Source: Candidatus Spongiisociaceae bacterium
GTDB taxonomy: Bacteria; Actinomycetota; Acidimicrobiia; Spongiisociales; Spongiisociaceae
NCBI GenBank assembly: GCA_965262915.1
Contig: OZ253564.1
Location: 3,072,001-3,136,000, forward strand
Reading direction: 5' to 3'
DNA: 64,000 nucleotides
Positions 49,607-59,732 of the stretch are shown piece by piece (within the stretch, counting starts at the first letter, position 1; each line of letters starts with the position of its first letter). The notes below the pieces were generated by a model, which was not told the DNA's origin, did no database searches, and saw only the letters and a list, made by a program, of their open reading frames with translations. A program made the translations under genes and the position numbers.

Positions 49607-50846
49607 CTACTCGACGTCGTCGGTCAGAGTCCAGATCTGCTTCAGCGGGAGCTCGGTCTGGATCTCCTTCGGAAGACGGTCGTAGCTCTCGGTGATCTTG
49701 CGGATCAGATCGCCCGAGCTCCAGGTGCGAAGGTTGAACCATTGGTCCCGCGCCAGTCTTTGCGCACCCCGGTTGAAGCCGCTCCACGACACGAACAGCG
49801 CCTTATCGGCGCCGAAGTTCCTGGCGGCGTCTAAGCCTGAATCCACCGATGGGGAGCACGCAGCGGACATGGAGATATGGTGGAAATGCCTCCTGATCTG
49901 CGGCGATAGCTATTGGTAAGCATGGTTCGGTCCTGGGAAGAGGAGCAACTTCCTGTGAGTGGTGGATCCCGGAGATCGCCCTGGTCAGGATTGGTTTTCG
50001 GAACATGAATCGGTGGATTCAGGCTAAGAGGTTGCGCACCGTGGGCGCGTCCACGGCCATCTGTCCTGACTTGACCTGGACCGCGATCCTCGGCGCATTC
50101 AAACCGAGTGGCCCTGAGCCAGCCAGCATGTCGACCCCGCCGTCGGGACCGGCCGGGGACCGGTTGGTGATGTAGCCCTCCGCCCTGAGAATCGCCTCAA
50201 CCAATCTCTCCAGCCCATGTCCTTTGAACGTCCGGGCTATGTGGGCCGCGATGCGGTCGGTGGCCAGCTGCTCCATATCCACCGCGCCTTCCTCGTCGAT
50301 GGAGTCCGTGCCGTCCTCGTGAGACACGTCGTCCGAGTGACGGAGTTCTGGATCGCGCCCGGTCCGAGAGAACTCGGCCAGACGGGCGACGGCGTTGTTC
50401 CGCTTGGGCCTGAAGACTGTATGCAGGCCGCCCAACGTGTGGAGAAGATCTTGGCGGAGTGAACTTCGTGGTTGCTCAGTCCGTAGCCAGTCCACGGGGC
50501 GAACGTGACGGCAGCCGTCAGGGTTGTCAGGCCGGAACTCGTATCCGCCCGCGTAACGTCCTACTGCCAGGGTCCTCGTCCTCTTGGCGGGCAGCACCAC
50601 CAGATCGCCGGTGTCGATCTCATGGACGAAGCGGAAGATCTGCCCGGCGTGGTTCGCCAGCCTGTTTCCCTCGGCGTAGCCGGTAGCTGTGAGCATCTCG
50701 CGGACCTGATCGCGTGTCGTGACGGCCGACAAGTCCCCCAGGTCATCCCAATCGATAACGACTACGCCCTTCTCCAAGGCGAAGTCCTCATACTCACCGT
50801 CCTTGCCGGCGCGGACCACCCATGCTCTCATCGTTCGAGCCTCCAT
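49607..50846 (-). pseudogene. Mrr-like restriction endonuclease interrupted by a 188-bp MITE
   Basis: AWVVRAG..., DGGVD...VQVKS; the C-terminal part FGADKALFVSWSGF...LPLKQIW lies beyond the insertion. Removing the element plus one TSD restores the frame (VRNLLDAARNF). Confidence 0.9.
49836..50023. mobile_element. 188-bp MITE, perfect 15-bp TIR CCTGAATCCACCGAT, 5-bp TSD CTAAG (IS1380-like ends)
   Basis: CTAAG|CCTGAATCCACCGAT...ATCGGTGGATTCAGG|CTAAG. It can alternatively be parsed as a 16-bp TIR with a TAA TSD. Confidence 0.9.
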
Positions 50847-50848
50847 TC

Positions 50849-53548
50849 TCAGTCGTCGGCGTGCCAGGGATCGACGACATCCGCCGGGATGTCGTACCGG
50901 TTGATGGCCGCAGCCACCACCCCCGGGTCCACCATGCCTGAATCTGCCAGATGGGCCAGCACGGCGACGACGATGTGGGGACCGTCTACCTCGAAGAACT
51001 TGCGCAGGGACTCACGGGTGTCGGAACGACCGAATCCGTCGGTACCCAGCGACGTGTAGGGCTGGGGAATCCAGCGAGAAACCTGGTCAGGGACCGCCCG
51101 CATGTAGTCGGTAACCGCCACTACGGGACCTCCCACCCCGGCAAGGCGCTCGGTAACGGCCGGACGGCGGGGGGTCTCGCGTGGATGGAGACGGTTCCAC
51201 CTCTCGGTCGATATAGCGTCGTCCCTGAGGGAGCCGTAGGAGGTTACGCTCCACAATTCGGTCCCCACGTCGTAACGCTCCGCCAATTCGTCCCTGGCCC
51301 ACCGAGCCGCAGCGTGGCTAGGTCCTGAGAAGAGAACGGCAGCTCGATGAGTGGCGTCCTGCGGTGCCTCGGAAAACCGGTACATCCCTTCGACGATGCC
51401 CTGGCGGACCCCTTCGGGCATCTTCGGCTGGGGATAGTTCTCGTTATATATCGTGATGTAGAAGATTATGTCATCGTGGGCGACACACATCCGTCGGAGA
51501 CCGTGTTCGATGATCACCGCCAGTTCGTAGGCGAAAGCGGGGTCGTAACAGACAACACCCGGGTTGGTACCAGCCAGAATCGGGCTGTGGCCGTCCTGGT
51601 GCTGTAAACCCTCTCCCGCCAGCGTCGTCCGCCCGGCGGTCGCTCCCATTAGGAAGCCACGCGCTCGGGCGTCGGCAGCCTGCCAGATCAGGTCGCCGAC
51701 CCTTTGGAACCCGAACATGGAGTAGAAGGTGAAGAACGGAACTGTGGGCACGCCCCTATCCGCATAGGATGTGCCGGCGGCGATGAAGCTGCACATGGAT
51801 CCCGCTTCGGTGATGCCCTCCTCCAAGATCTGCCCGTCCTGTGCCTCCTTGTATGAGAGAAGCATGTCCGCGTCGATCGGCTCGTACTTCTGACCTGCCG
51901 ATGCGTAGATCTTCAACTCACGGAACAGACCGTCCATCCCGAACGTACGGGCCTCATCCGGCACGATCGGGACAAGACGCTCACCGAAGTTCTCATCCCT
52001 GGCCATGCTGCGCAGCATGCGGACGTAAGCCATGGTGGTAGAGGCGGCGAAGGCGCCCGTTCCGGCGTGGAACTCCTCGTATATCGCGGGATCGGGTAGC
52101 GGCGCAGGCCGCCGGATCCGCACGGAACGGCTCGGGAGTGTCCCATGCAGTGCCTTGCGCCGGTCCATCATGTACTGGTACTCGGGTGAGTCCACCGAGA
52201 ACCGGCAATAGGGAAGCTCCCGACCATCCTCGAGCTGCTCGGCCGCAATGTCATCCTGCAGGCTGAGCCGTACCCGCAACTCGTGGAACTGCTCGTTCGA
52301 CATCTTCTTGATCTGGTGCGTCGCATTGCGGCCTTCGATGTCCGGCCCGAGGGTCCAGCCCTTGATGGTCTTGGCGAGGATCACCGTGGGTGCCCCCTCC
52401 TGCTCGGTGGCAGCCTTGTAGGCCGCGTATAGCTTCTTGTAGTCGTGGCCCCCGCGGGGTAGTTTCTCAAGGTGACGGTCCGAGAGGTGAGCGACCATTC
52501 GACGAAGTCGAGGGTCGGGTCCGAAGAACTTCTCCCGTATCTCCGAGCCGGGCGCGACCTGGAGTCGCTGGTACTCACCGTCCACCGTGTTGTTCATGCG
52601 ATGAAGAAGGACGCCGTCCACATCGCGAGCCAGGAGTTCGTCCCAACCCCAACCCCAGATCACCTTGATGACGTTCCAGCCCGCGCCACGGAACACCGCC
52701 TCCAACTCCTGGATGATCTTGCCGTTGCCGCGGACAGGACCGTCTAGACGCTGCAGGTTGCAGTTGACCACCCAGATCAGGTTGTCCAACTGCTCGCGGG
52801 CCGCCAGCGAGATCGAGCCCAGGGTCTCCGGCTCGTCGCACTCGCCGTCACCGAGGAAACACCAAATGCGCGACTCGCTGGTGTCGTCGAGGCGGCGGCT
52901 GTGGAGGTAGCGGTTGAAGCGGGCCTGGTAGATGGAGGCGATCGGTCCGAGCCCCATCGAGACGGTGGGGTACTCCCAGAACTCGGGCATCAAGCGGGGG
53001 TGCGGGTACGATGACAGGCCGCTTCCCGACAGCTCGCGGCGGAAGTGGTCGAGGTTCTCCTCGTCCAAGCGCCGCTCCAGGTACGCCCTGGCATAGATCC
53101 CCGGAGCAGCGTGGCCTTGGATGTATACGTGGTCGCCGGGCGTGCCGTCGGCCTTGCCGCGGAAGAAGTGATTGAATCCGACTTCGTACTGGGCCGCGGA
53201 CGAAGCGAAGGTGGACAGATGCCCGCCTATCCCCTCTGCCGCCTTGTTGGCCTTGACAACCATGACCGCGGCGTTCCACCTGATGAAGCGCCGGATCCTC
53301 TTCTCCAGGTACTCGTCACCGGGGAACCACGCCTGCTCTTCCGCGGGGATCGTGTTGACATACGGGGTGGAAACGGAAGCCGGATAGCCGACCTGGAGCT
53401 GCCTGGCTCGTTCCAGCATGGCCCGCATGAGGAAACGGGCGCGCGTCTTCCCGCGTTCGTTAACGACCGACTCCAGCGAGTCGAGCCATTCCTGGGTTTC
53501 CTCCGGATCGATGTCGGGAAGTTGGTGGAAGAACCCGTCGATCATCAA
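50849..53548 (-). CDS. aceE: Pyruvate dehydrogenase E1, homodimeric type
   Basis: DIDPEETQEWL, GGHLSTFAS, PTVSMGLG, GDGECDEPE, NLQRLDGPVRGN, LEEGITEAG, GFGRSDTR. Confidence 0.98.
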   Translation of the reverse strand: MMIDGFFHQLPDIDPEETQEWLDSLESVVNERGKTRARFLMRAMLERARQLQVGYPASVSTPYVNTIPAEEQAWFPGDEYLEKRIRRFIRWNAAVMVVKANKAAEGIGGHLSTFASSAAQYEVGFNHFFRGKADGTPGDHVYIQGHAAPGIYARAYLERRLDEENLDHFRRELSGSGLSSYPHPRLMPEFWEYPTVSMGLGPIASIYQARFNRYLHSRRLDDTSESRIWCFLGDGECDEPETLGSISLAAREQLDNLIWVVNCNLQRLDGPVRGNGKIIQELEAVFRGAGWNVIKVIWGWGWDELLARDVDGVLLHRMNNTVDGEYQRLQVAPGSEIREKFFGPDPRLRRMVAHLSDRHLEKLPRGGHDYKKLYAAYKAATEQEGAPTVILAKTIKGWTLGPDIEGRNATHQIKKMSNEQFHELRVRLSLQDDIAAEQLEDGRELPYCRFSVDSPEYQYMMDRRKALHGTLPSRSVRIRRPAPLPDPAIYEEFHAGTGAFAASTTMAYVRMLRSMARDENFGERLVPIVPDEARTFGMDGLFRELKIYASAGQKYEPIDADMLLSYKEAQDGQILEEGITEAGSMCSFIAAGTSYADRGVPTVPFFTFYSMFGFQRVGDLIWQAADARARGFLMGATAGRTTLAGEGLQHQDGHSPILAGTNPGVVCYDPAFAYELAVIIEHGLRRMCVAHDDIIFYITIYNENYPQPKMPEGVRQGIVEGMYRFSEAPQDATHRAAVLFSGPSHAAARWARDELAERYDVGTELWSVTSYGSLRDDAISTERWNRLHPRETPRRPAVTERLAGVGGPVVAVTDYMRAVPDQVSRWIPQPYTSLGTDGFGRSDTRESLRKFFEVDGPHIVVAVLAHLADSGMVDPGVVAAAINRYDIPADVVDPWHADD

Positions 53549-53749
53549 TGCAGCGACCCTCCTGCCATTGTGCCTAGAACCTACTCTATCGCCTCCGCGT
53601 GACAGTGACGCACCGTTATGAGACAGGGAGGGTCGTGAAATCAGCCCTACGTGTTTCGGGTGTCGGCCAGGTGTGTCTCATGGCGCCGCTCTGGCTTGAT
53701 CAGGCATTTGAGGGGCCAATCCGACTCCGGTCCGCCCTGAGTCGACGGC

Positions 53750-54340
53750 TCAGCGCAGCCCGAGTGGCGGGTACCGGTCGGTGAGCAGGTTCGCATAAGC
53801 CAACGTCTGGACGTGGAAGCGATTGACGCCGACTATGAGGTTGAGCATCCCGATAGGCCAACGGCCCATTAGGAGCACGGCAAAGAGTCCGATGAATTCA
53901 ACGACACCAGCCACGACGTTCCACACGACCCACATGACCGCTACGGGAATCAGCAGGATGGGGCGGAAGAACACACTGGCCCTGCTCCGATTTTCTAACT
54001 CGGGATGGAAGTTGACAACCACCTCCGGGTCGCCACCGTTGTCGGCTGCGGTGGCATCAAAGTCGAACGGCGGGTAGGAGTTCCGTAGAAAGCTGGCGAA
54101 CGTCGCGACCCGGATGTTGTATCGGATCAGCATGCAGTTGAAGTTGGCCAGCCCCTCCGGTAGCCGGCCAGTGAATACGATAGCGATCCAAGAAAAGACG
54201 GTGACTACCGAGTCGATGGCTCCGACCACCGACAACACGATAAGGTGTGGAATCGACAATATGGCATTCCCGATGACCCGCCAGCGGTTGACCTTCTCTG
54301 GTGCGTTGAACTCGAACGTGGCTGGATAACCCAAGAACAC
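53750..54340 (-). CDS. DUF4389-like membrane protein
   Basis: Duplicated RW...IPH...FTGRLP...YPPF / GRWP...LTDRYPP units. Confidence 0.82.
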   Translation of the reverse strand: MFLGYPATFEFNAPEKVNRWRVIGNAILSIPHLIVLSVVGAIDSVVTVFSWIAIVFTGRLPEGLANFNCMLIRYNIRVATFASFLRNSYPPFDFDATAADNGGDPEVVVNFHPELENRSRASVFFRPILLIPVAVMWVVWNVVAGVVEFIGLFAVLLMGRWPIGMLNLIVGVNRFHVQTLAYANLLTDRYPPLGLR

Positions 54341-54526
54341 TCTCCCTAGATTGCTCTTGTAGTGTACCAGAACTACGTAGCACGGTTGGGAAGGGTGGGA
54401 TTCTGCGATCCGGTACTAAACGGCTCCACCGAAGACGAGTGCAGCACCAAGAACGCCACCAATCGGAACCCGATGCAGAAGGGTAATCGGCCGACCTGAC
54501 GAGATCGGGTCGGGAGCAGGTAGCCT

Positions 54527-55702
54527 ATGGGGGTGAGCGTTTGGTGCCTGGATCCGTCCGTCAGCCACCTCAACCACGGGTCGTTCGGCGCCACGCCCGC
54601 GACCGTCCTCGAAGCCCAGCAGAGGTGGCGCGACCGTCTTGAGTCCAACCCGACTCGATTCATGCTGGAGCAATACCAGCCGGCTCTAGACCGGGCTCGA
54701 CACCAGGTGGCCGCCTTCGTAGGAGCCGAGCCGGCCGGGCTCGTGTTCGTCAACAACGCGACAACGGGAGTAAACGCGGTTCTTCGGTCCCTGGAGGCGA
54801 CCCTGCGACGGGGCGACGAGATCGTGATCACCGACCACGGCTACAACGCCTGCCGGAACGCCGCTGCGGTCACCGCGGCCCGTACCGGCGCCCGGGTGGT
54901 TCTCGCAGCCGTCCCGTTCCCGGTCGATGGGCCCGACGCCGTGATCGAGAGCATCATGGAGGCGGTCACCGGCCGGACCCGCCTGCTGCTGATCGACTCG
55001 GTTACCTCGCCCACCGCGCTCGTCCTCCCGGTCACCGAACTGGTAGCCGCCCTCGAACCCGACATAGCGGTGCTGGTAGACGCCGCCCACGCCCCCGGGA
55101 TGATCGACTTCGATGCCTCCGCGATCGGCGCTTCCTACATCACGGCGAACTGCCACAAGTGGATGTGCGCCCCCAAGGGCTCGGCGTTTCTCTACGTGCG
55201 GGAGGATCGCCGGAGCCGGATCTACCCGGCCGTGATCAGCCACGGATACAACGGCGCCTGGCCCGCGGAGGGAGGACACCTCCATACCCAGTTCGACTGG
55301 ACCGGCACCGACGATCCCACCGCGTGGCTGGCTGTTCCGGACGCTCTCGACGCGGTGGGCGCGCTCCGGCCGGATGGTTGGGAAGGTGTACGGCGCACCA
55401 ACCGGGAACTCTGCCTGGCCGGGAGGGACATCCTCGTAGATTCGCTCGGCATCGAGGCGCCTGCCCCCGACGAGATGATCGGGTCGATCGCCTCGGTGCC
55501 GCTCCCCGACTCGTCCGTACAGGACGCAAATATCTTCGACTCCCTGATGGTGGCGTTGCGGTGCAATTGGTCCATCGAAGCGATGGTCTTCAACTGGCCC
55601 CGGCCGCCCCGCCGCCTGCTTCGCATATCGGCCCAGCAGTACAACCGGATCGAGGAGTTCCATCGTCTCGCCGAGGCGGTCGCGACCGAACTGTCGGCCT
55701 GA
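54527..55702 (+). CDS. Class V PLP enzyme (isopenicillin N epimerase / C-S lyase-like)
   Basis: LNHGSFGA, NATTGVN, VTSPTA, VDAAHAPG, NCHKW, WTGTDD. Confidence 0.9.
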   Translation: MGVSVWCLDPSVSHLNHGSFGATPATVLEAQQRWRDRLESNPTRFMLEQYQPALDRARHQVAAFVGAEPAGLVFVNNATTGVNAVLRSLEATLRRGDEIVITDHGYNACRNAAAVTAARTGARVVLAAVPFPVDGPDAVIESIMEAVTGRTRLLLIDSVTSPTALVLPVTELVAALEPDIAVLVDAAHAPGMIDFDASAIGASYITANCHKWMCAPKGSAFLYVREDRRSRIYPAVISHGYNGAWPAEGGHLHTQFDWTGTDDPTAWLAVPDALDAVGALRPDGWEGVRRTNRELCLAGRDILVDSLGIEAPAPDEMIGSIASVPLPDSSVQDANIFDSLMVALRCNWSIEAMVFNWPRPPRRLLRISAQQYNRIEEFHRLAEAVATELSA

Positions 55703-55916
55703 CAGGCGCCCACCGGACCGGACGGTGGGCGACGGTGGCGCGTCCACGATACGCACCTCGGCACTCTCGAAGGCCCGAGTTGATTCTTCCGTCCACCGTC
55801 GAGCCATTCGAGGCCTCGAACCTCTCCCGCCCGTGCCCCCGGGACGAGATCGGGCAGTCCAAGGTATCGGTATAGGGGCCGACGTCGGGGTGGGCGACGC
55901 AGCGAAGGACCGGCGC

Positions 55917-56762
55917 TCAGCGTATGCCTATGAAGAGGTCGTCCTCGCGGAAGGGAACGTGAACCCGCGAATACAGGCGCTGGAAGGCCTCCGTACCGAG
56001 CGCGCTGGGCATATCGTCCTCGGGCACCTGGAGCATGAACCAGTCTTCGGGGATCTGGGAACGATGGGCTCGCAGGGCCTCCACCTTGAGATCCACCCAG
56101 TCGGTCACATCGACCAAAGCAGTTATGTCCCCGTCCGGGGTACCCCAACCTTCCGACTCCTTCGCCTCCTCTTCAGTGATCAGACCGGCCCGGCGCCGGG
56201 CAGCGGTCATGACTGCCACCCTCGATCGGGGCCAGGTACTCATGTAGAGTTTTCTCACCCGCCAGGGCTCCTCGTCCTCCTCGAGCGGAAAGCGCCTAAC
56301 GTCGTCGGTACCGAAGTAGGCGGCCAACCCGACCCGGTGGACCTGGATATGGTCCGGATGCCCGTAACCCCCGAACGGGTCGTAGATGGTGAGCACCTCC
56401 GGGGTGTACCGACGGATGAGATGCACCAACCGGGCAGTCGCGTCCATGAAGTCGGCCTGCCAGAAGGACCCCGGATGGCGGTTGGGATCGGTCCCCATCA
56501 TTCCGGAGTCGCGGTATCCCAGGAAGTGGTGGTTGGGTACACCGAGGATGGCCAGGGCCTTGGCGATCTCCTCCGCCCTCAACTCCACCAACCGGGGGCG
56601 GAGTTCGTCCGGGTTTTCGTAGTTGTGGATCTCTCCCTCCGCCCCGTCGGTAGCGGTGACCACCGCCACCTGCTCGCCCGACTGCGAGTACTTGGCGAGC
56701 ACACCCCCGGTCGACGTGACTTCGTCGTCGGGATGGGCATGGAAGGCAAGCAGTCCGGGCAT
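55917..56762 (-). CDS. PIG-L family deacetylase (Mca/MshB-like)
   Basis: HAHPDDE, ATDGAEGE, LGYRDSGMMG, GGYGHPDH, AHRSQI. Confidence 0.9.
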   Translation of the reverse strand: MPGLLAFHAHPDDEVTSTGGVLAKYSQSGEQVAVVTATDGAEGEIHNYENPDELRPRLVELRAEEIAKALAILGVPNHHFLGYRDSGMMGTDPNRHPGSFWQADFMDATARLVHLIRRYTPEVLTIYDPFGGYGHPDHIQVHRVGLAAYFGTDDVRRFPLEEDEEPWRVRKLYMSTWPRSRVAVMTAARRRAGLITEEEAKESEGWGTPDGDITALVDVTDWVDLKVEALRAHRSQIPEDWFMLQVPEDDMPSALGTEAFQRLYSRVHVPFREDDLFIGIR

Positions 56763-56885
56763 AGGTTCTCCGGTGAGGGGTCAGCGATTTCGATGCGTCA
56801 GGATAGAGGGAAGGAAACAGATCCCGGTCACGTGCGATCCGGCGAGGCCGTTCGAAGGAGAGATTCGACGCTCGGCGGGAGGGAC

Positions 56886-57893
56886 TCATCCCCCGATGTA
56901 GCTCATCTCGACTTTCGGAAGAGCTACCGTGGCCTCCGAGCGGATCTCCGAATAACGGTCTGTCCTTGCCTCCCAGATCCGCTGCACGGCTCGCACGATC
57001 TGCTCCTCGTCTGCCCCGGCCCTCAGCAGCGTGCGCAGGTCGGTGCCGTCGGTGGCGAACAGGCAGGTGTAGAGCATCCCCTCGGCGGAGATGCGAGCCC
57101 TCGTGCACGTAGCGCAGAACGGCTGGGTGACCGAGGCTATAAACCCGATCTCCCCCCGGCCGTCCACGTACTGCCAGCGCCTGGCCACCTCCCCCCGGTA
57201 GTTGGGCACCACCGGCCGGATCGGGAACACGGCGTCGATGGCTCGTATCAACTCGGCAGCCGGTACCACGTCGTCCAGACACCACCCGTTGGTGGCTCCC
57301 ACGTCCATGTACTCGATGAAACGCAGTATGTGACCGGTCCCGCGGAAGTAACCGGCCATGTCGACCGCACCGTGATCGTTGACCCCGCGCTTGACGACGG
57401 CGTTGACCTTGACCGGCAACCCGGCCGCCGCGGCCACCTCGATCCCTTCGATCACCGCTCCCACCGGAAATCCGACATCGTTCATCGCCTGGAACACATC
57501 GTCATCGATGGAGTCGAGGGAGACGGTGATCCGGGCCAACCCCGCGGATGCCAGGGCGGCGGCCTTGCGCGCCAGCAGCGATCCGTTGGTGGTGAGGGTG
57601 ACCTCGCATCCGGTCGCCTCCACGAGCATGGCGACCAGATCCTCGATGCCTTTCCGCAGTAGCGGCTCGCCTCCCGTGAGCCTGATCTTCTGCACGCCCA
57701 ACTGCTGGAAAGCCCTGGCCAGCGTGGTCAACTCCTCGAAGCTGAGGAGCAGATTGCGCCTGAGAAAGACGTAGTCGCGGTTGAATATCTCCGCAGGCAT
57801 GCAGTAGCGGCACCGGAAGTTGCACCGGTCGGTTACGGACAGCCGCAGATCTCGGAGGTAACGCCCTCGGGTGTCGACGACCACGGACTTCAT
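56886..57893 (-). CDS. moaA: GTP 3',8-cyclase (radical SAM)
   Basis: LRLSVTDRCNFRCRYCMP, LTGGEP, FCATCTRAR...LYTCLF, C-terminal MSYIGG. Confidence 0.96.
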   Translation of the reverse strand: MKSVVVDTRGRYLRDLRLSVTDRCNFRCRYCMPAEIFNRDYVFLRRNLLLSFEELTTLARAFQQLGVQKIRLTGGEPLLRKGIEDLVAMLVEATGCEVTLTTNGSLLARKAAALASAGLARITVSLDSIDDDVFQAMNDVGFPVGAVIEGIEVAAAAGLPVKVNAVVKRGVNDHGAVDMAGYFRGTGHILRFIEYMDVGATNGWCLDDVVPAAELIRAIDAVFPIRPVVPNYRGEVARRWQYVDGRGEIGFIASVTQPFCATCTRARISAEGMLYTCLFATDGTDLRTLLRAGADEEQIVRAVQRIWEARTDRYSEIRSEATVALPKVEMSYIGG

Positions 57894-58095
57894 GGCCATA
57901 GACTACCGCTCTTCCGCACCGAGCAGTACGAGCAGCAGACCTGCCCGTAGTGCTCGCTACCACTTGATCATTACATAGTACTGATCTATCTTATCCAATG
58001 TGGACATGATCAACCATAGCAAACAACGCATAGACACTGGCGGTCTCGAAGTATCTATCGGCTGCCCGGTGGGTGGGCACCCGCCCGAACCCGGT

Positions 58096-58521
58096 ATGAG
58101 CGTGGGTGGGGGTCTGCTCCGCCGGTGGCCATCGGCCCGCCGTCGGGACGCGGGGCGTGAGAGGGGATCCGCTACGGTCGAGGTGCTGATGGCGATGGGA
58201 ACCGCGCTGGCACTCACCGTCCTTCTGGTCAACGCCCTCCTCATGCTCTATGCCAGATCCGTCATCCAGCACGCTGCCGATGTCGGGGCCCGGAGCGCCG
58301 CCCGATCCGGAGGCAGCGCATCTGTCTGCGAGACCCTCATCACCGCTACCATCGGGGATCTCGCCAGTCTCTACCGCGACGACACCGCGGTGCAGTGCTC
58401 GAGGGGCGCGACGACCACTACGGCCACGGTCTCCGCAGACCTCGATCCGGTGTTCCCCGACCTCGGACCGGGATGGAGCTTCACCATCCGGGCCACGACC
58501 GCGACCGAGCCGGCACCTTGA
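58096..58521 (+). CDS. TadE-like pseudopilin
   Basis: ERGSATVE + hydrophobic helix + AADVGAR. Confidence 0.8.
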   Translation: MSVGGGLLRRWPSARRRDAGRERGSATVEVLMAMGTALALTVLLVNALLMLYARSVIQHAADVGARSAARSGGSASVCETLITATIGDLASLYRDDTAVQCSRGATTTTATVSADLDPVFPDLGPGWSFTIRATTATEPAP

Positions 58522-58958
58522 CGCGCCGCACGCTTCGGTCTGTTCGCCGGAGCCAACGGGGCGCCGCAGCGGTGGAACTGGTTCTGGTAGCGGCATTCAT
58601 ACTGATCCCGTTCGCAATGCTGATGCTCGGGCTGCCCATCCTGGTGGAATACCGATCGATGGGGGACGCCGCAGCCCGGGAGGCGGTGCGGGCCTGCGCG
58701 AATGCATACAATCCGTCCACCGGGCAGCAGCGCGCCCACGACATCGCTCACCAGATCCTGGACGAGCGAGGCATCGCAGCGGAAGGCGCCTCCGTCTCGG
58801 TCGACTGCCTGCGCGCCTGGGAACCCGGCGGCGTGGTCACCGCAACGGTCTCTTTCGATGTGCCAGTGCTGGAAGTGGTCGGAATCGGGGATTTCGGTTC
58901 TGTGACCATCGAACGGACCTACTGGGAACAGATCGAGCCCTACCGCAGCGCGCCGTGA
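58518..58958 (+). CDS. TadE-like pseudopilin
   Basis: QRGAAAVE + hydrophobic helix + AAREAVR; coupled TTG start. Confidence 0.82.
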   Translation: MTRRTLRSVRRSQRGAAAVELVLVAAFILIPFAMLMLGLPILVEYRSMGDAAAREAVRACANAYNPSTGQQRAHDIAHQILDERGIAAEGASVSVDCLRAWEPGGVVTATVSFDVPVLEVVGIGDFGSVTIERTYWEQIEPYRSAP

Positions 58959-59398
58959 AGCGGCCGGCCGGCAACCGGAGTCCGTTCGGGGACGACCGAG
59001 GGACGGTCGTCCTGTGGAGCCTCGGCCTGCTACTGCTGCTCTTCTTCTCGGGCGGCCTGGCCTTGGATCTGTGGCGGGTCCTCTCGCATCACGGAACCCT
59101 CACCGGCATCGCCGACAAGGCGGCGGTGGCGGGCGCGGCTGAGATAGATGTGAACGCCCTTTACTCGAACCGGCTCGTGCTCGTGCCTGGCAGAGCAGTG
59201 GGCGCGGCCGAGGCTTTCGCCCGCGCCCAGCCGGGGTGGGAGGGTGGTTCGATGACCGTCCGGGCTTCGGCCGGCCCAAGGGACGTCTCGGTGGAGTTGA
59301 CCGGTACCGTGGAACTCACGCTGCTCAGAATGTTCGTTCCTCCCCAGGGTCTCCTCGTCACGGTCTACAGCCGGGCCTCGCCGATCCTGTTCGAGTAG
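58955..59398 (+). CDS. Tad (TadG-like N-terminal) domain protein
   Basis: DDRGTVVLW + hydrophobic helix, GLALD...ADKAAVAGA. Confidence 0.8.
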   Translation: MKRPAGNRSPFGDDRGTVVLWSLGLLLLLFFSGGLALDLWRVLSHHGTLTGIADKAAVAGAAEIDVNALYSNRLVLVPGRAVGAAEAFARAQPGWEGGSMTVRASAGPRDVSVELTGTVELTLLRMFVPPQGLLVTVYSRASPILFE

Positions 59399-59732
59399 CG
59401 GGTCGAGATCCGGTTATGCCGGCTGGCGCTATCACGCGCAAAGCGCCGTAGGCAGAGGAGCGAGGGACCCACTCCTTCGACGGCGGGGTGATCTCCCGAC
59501 GGGAGATCAGCAACGGTGGAATGATGTCCCGTTCGAGACCGCCCCGATGTTTGGTACGTCCATCGCGCAATGCGACTGTGACAGGATCAACCCCCACAAG
59601 ACCCGGTCTTCCCGGTACGGCCTCGCTCCGGCCGCGCATCTTCTCTCAATGAGCCCCAACGCTCCCGCAGGGGTGGCACGGAGGGGCACGCCTATCATCG
59701 GTCGAGCACGAACGGCGCGGGAGGTCCCGTCA

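Noticed and set aside
53610-53690. Inverted repeat ATGAGACA...TGTCTCAT upstream of aceE
   Set aside because: Short, single copy in the window, and no clear target duplication.
59420-59460. c-di-GMP-I riboswitch suggested by CGCAAAGC downstream of the tad genes
   Set aside because: No GGCAAA/GAAA tetraloop P2 architecture could be found.
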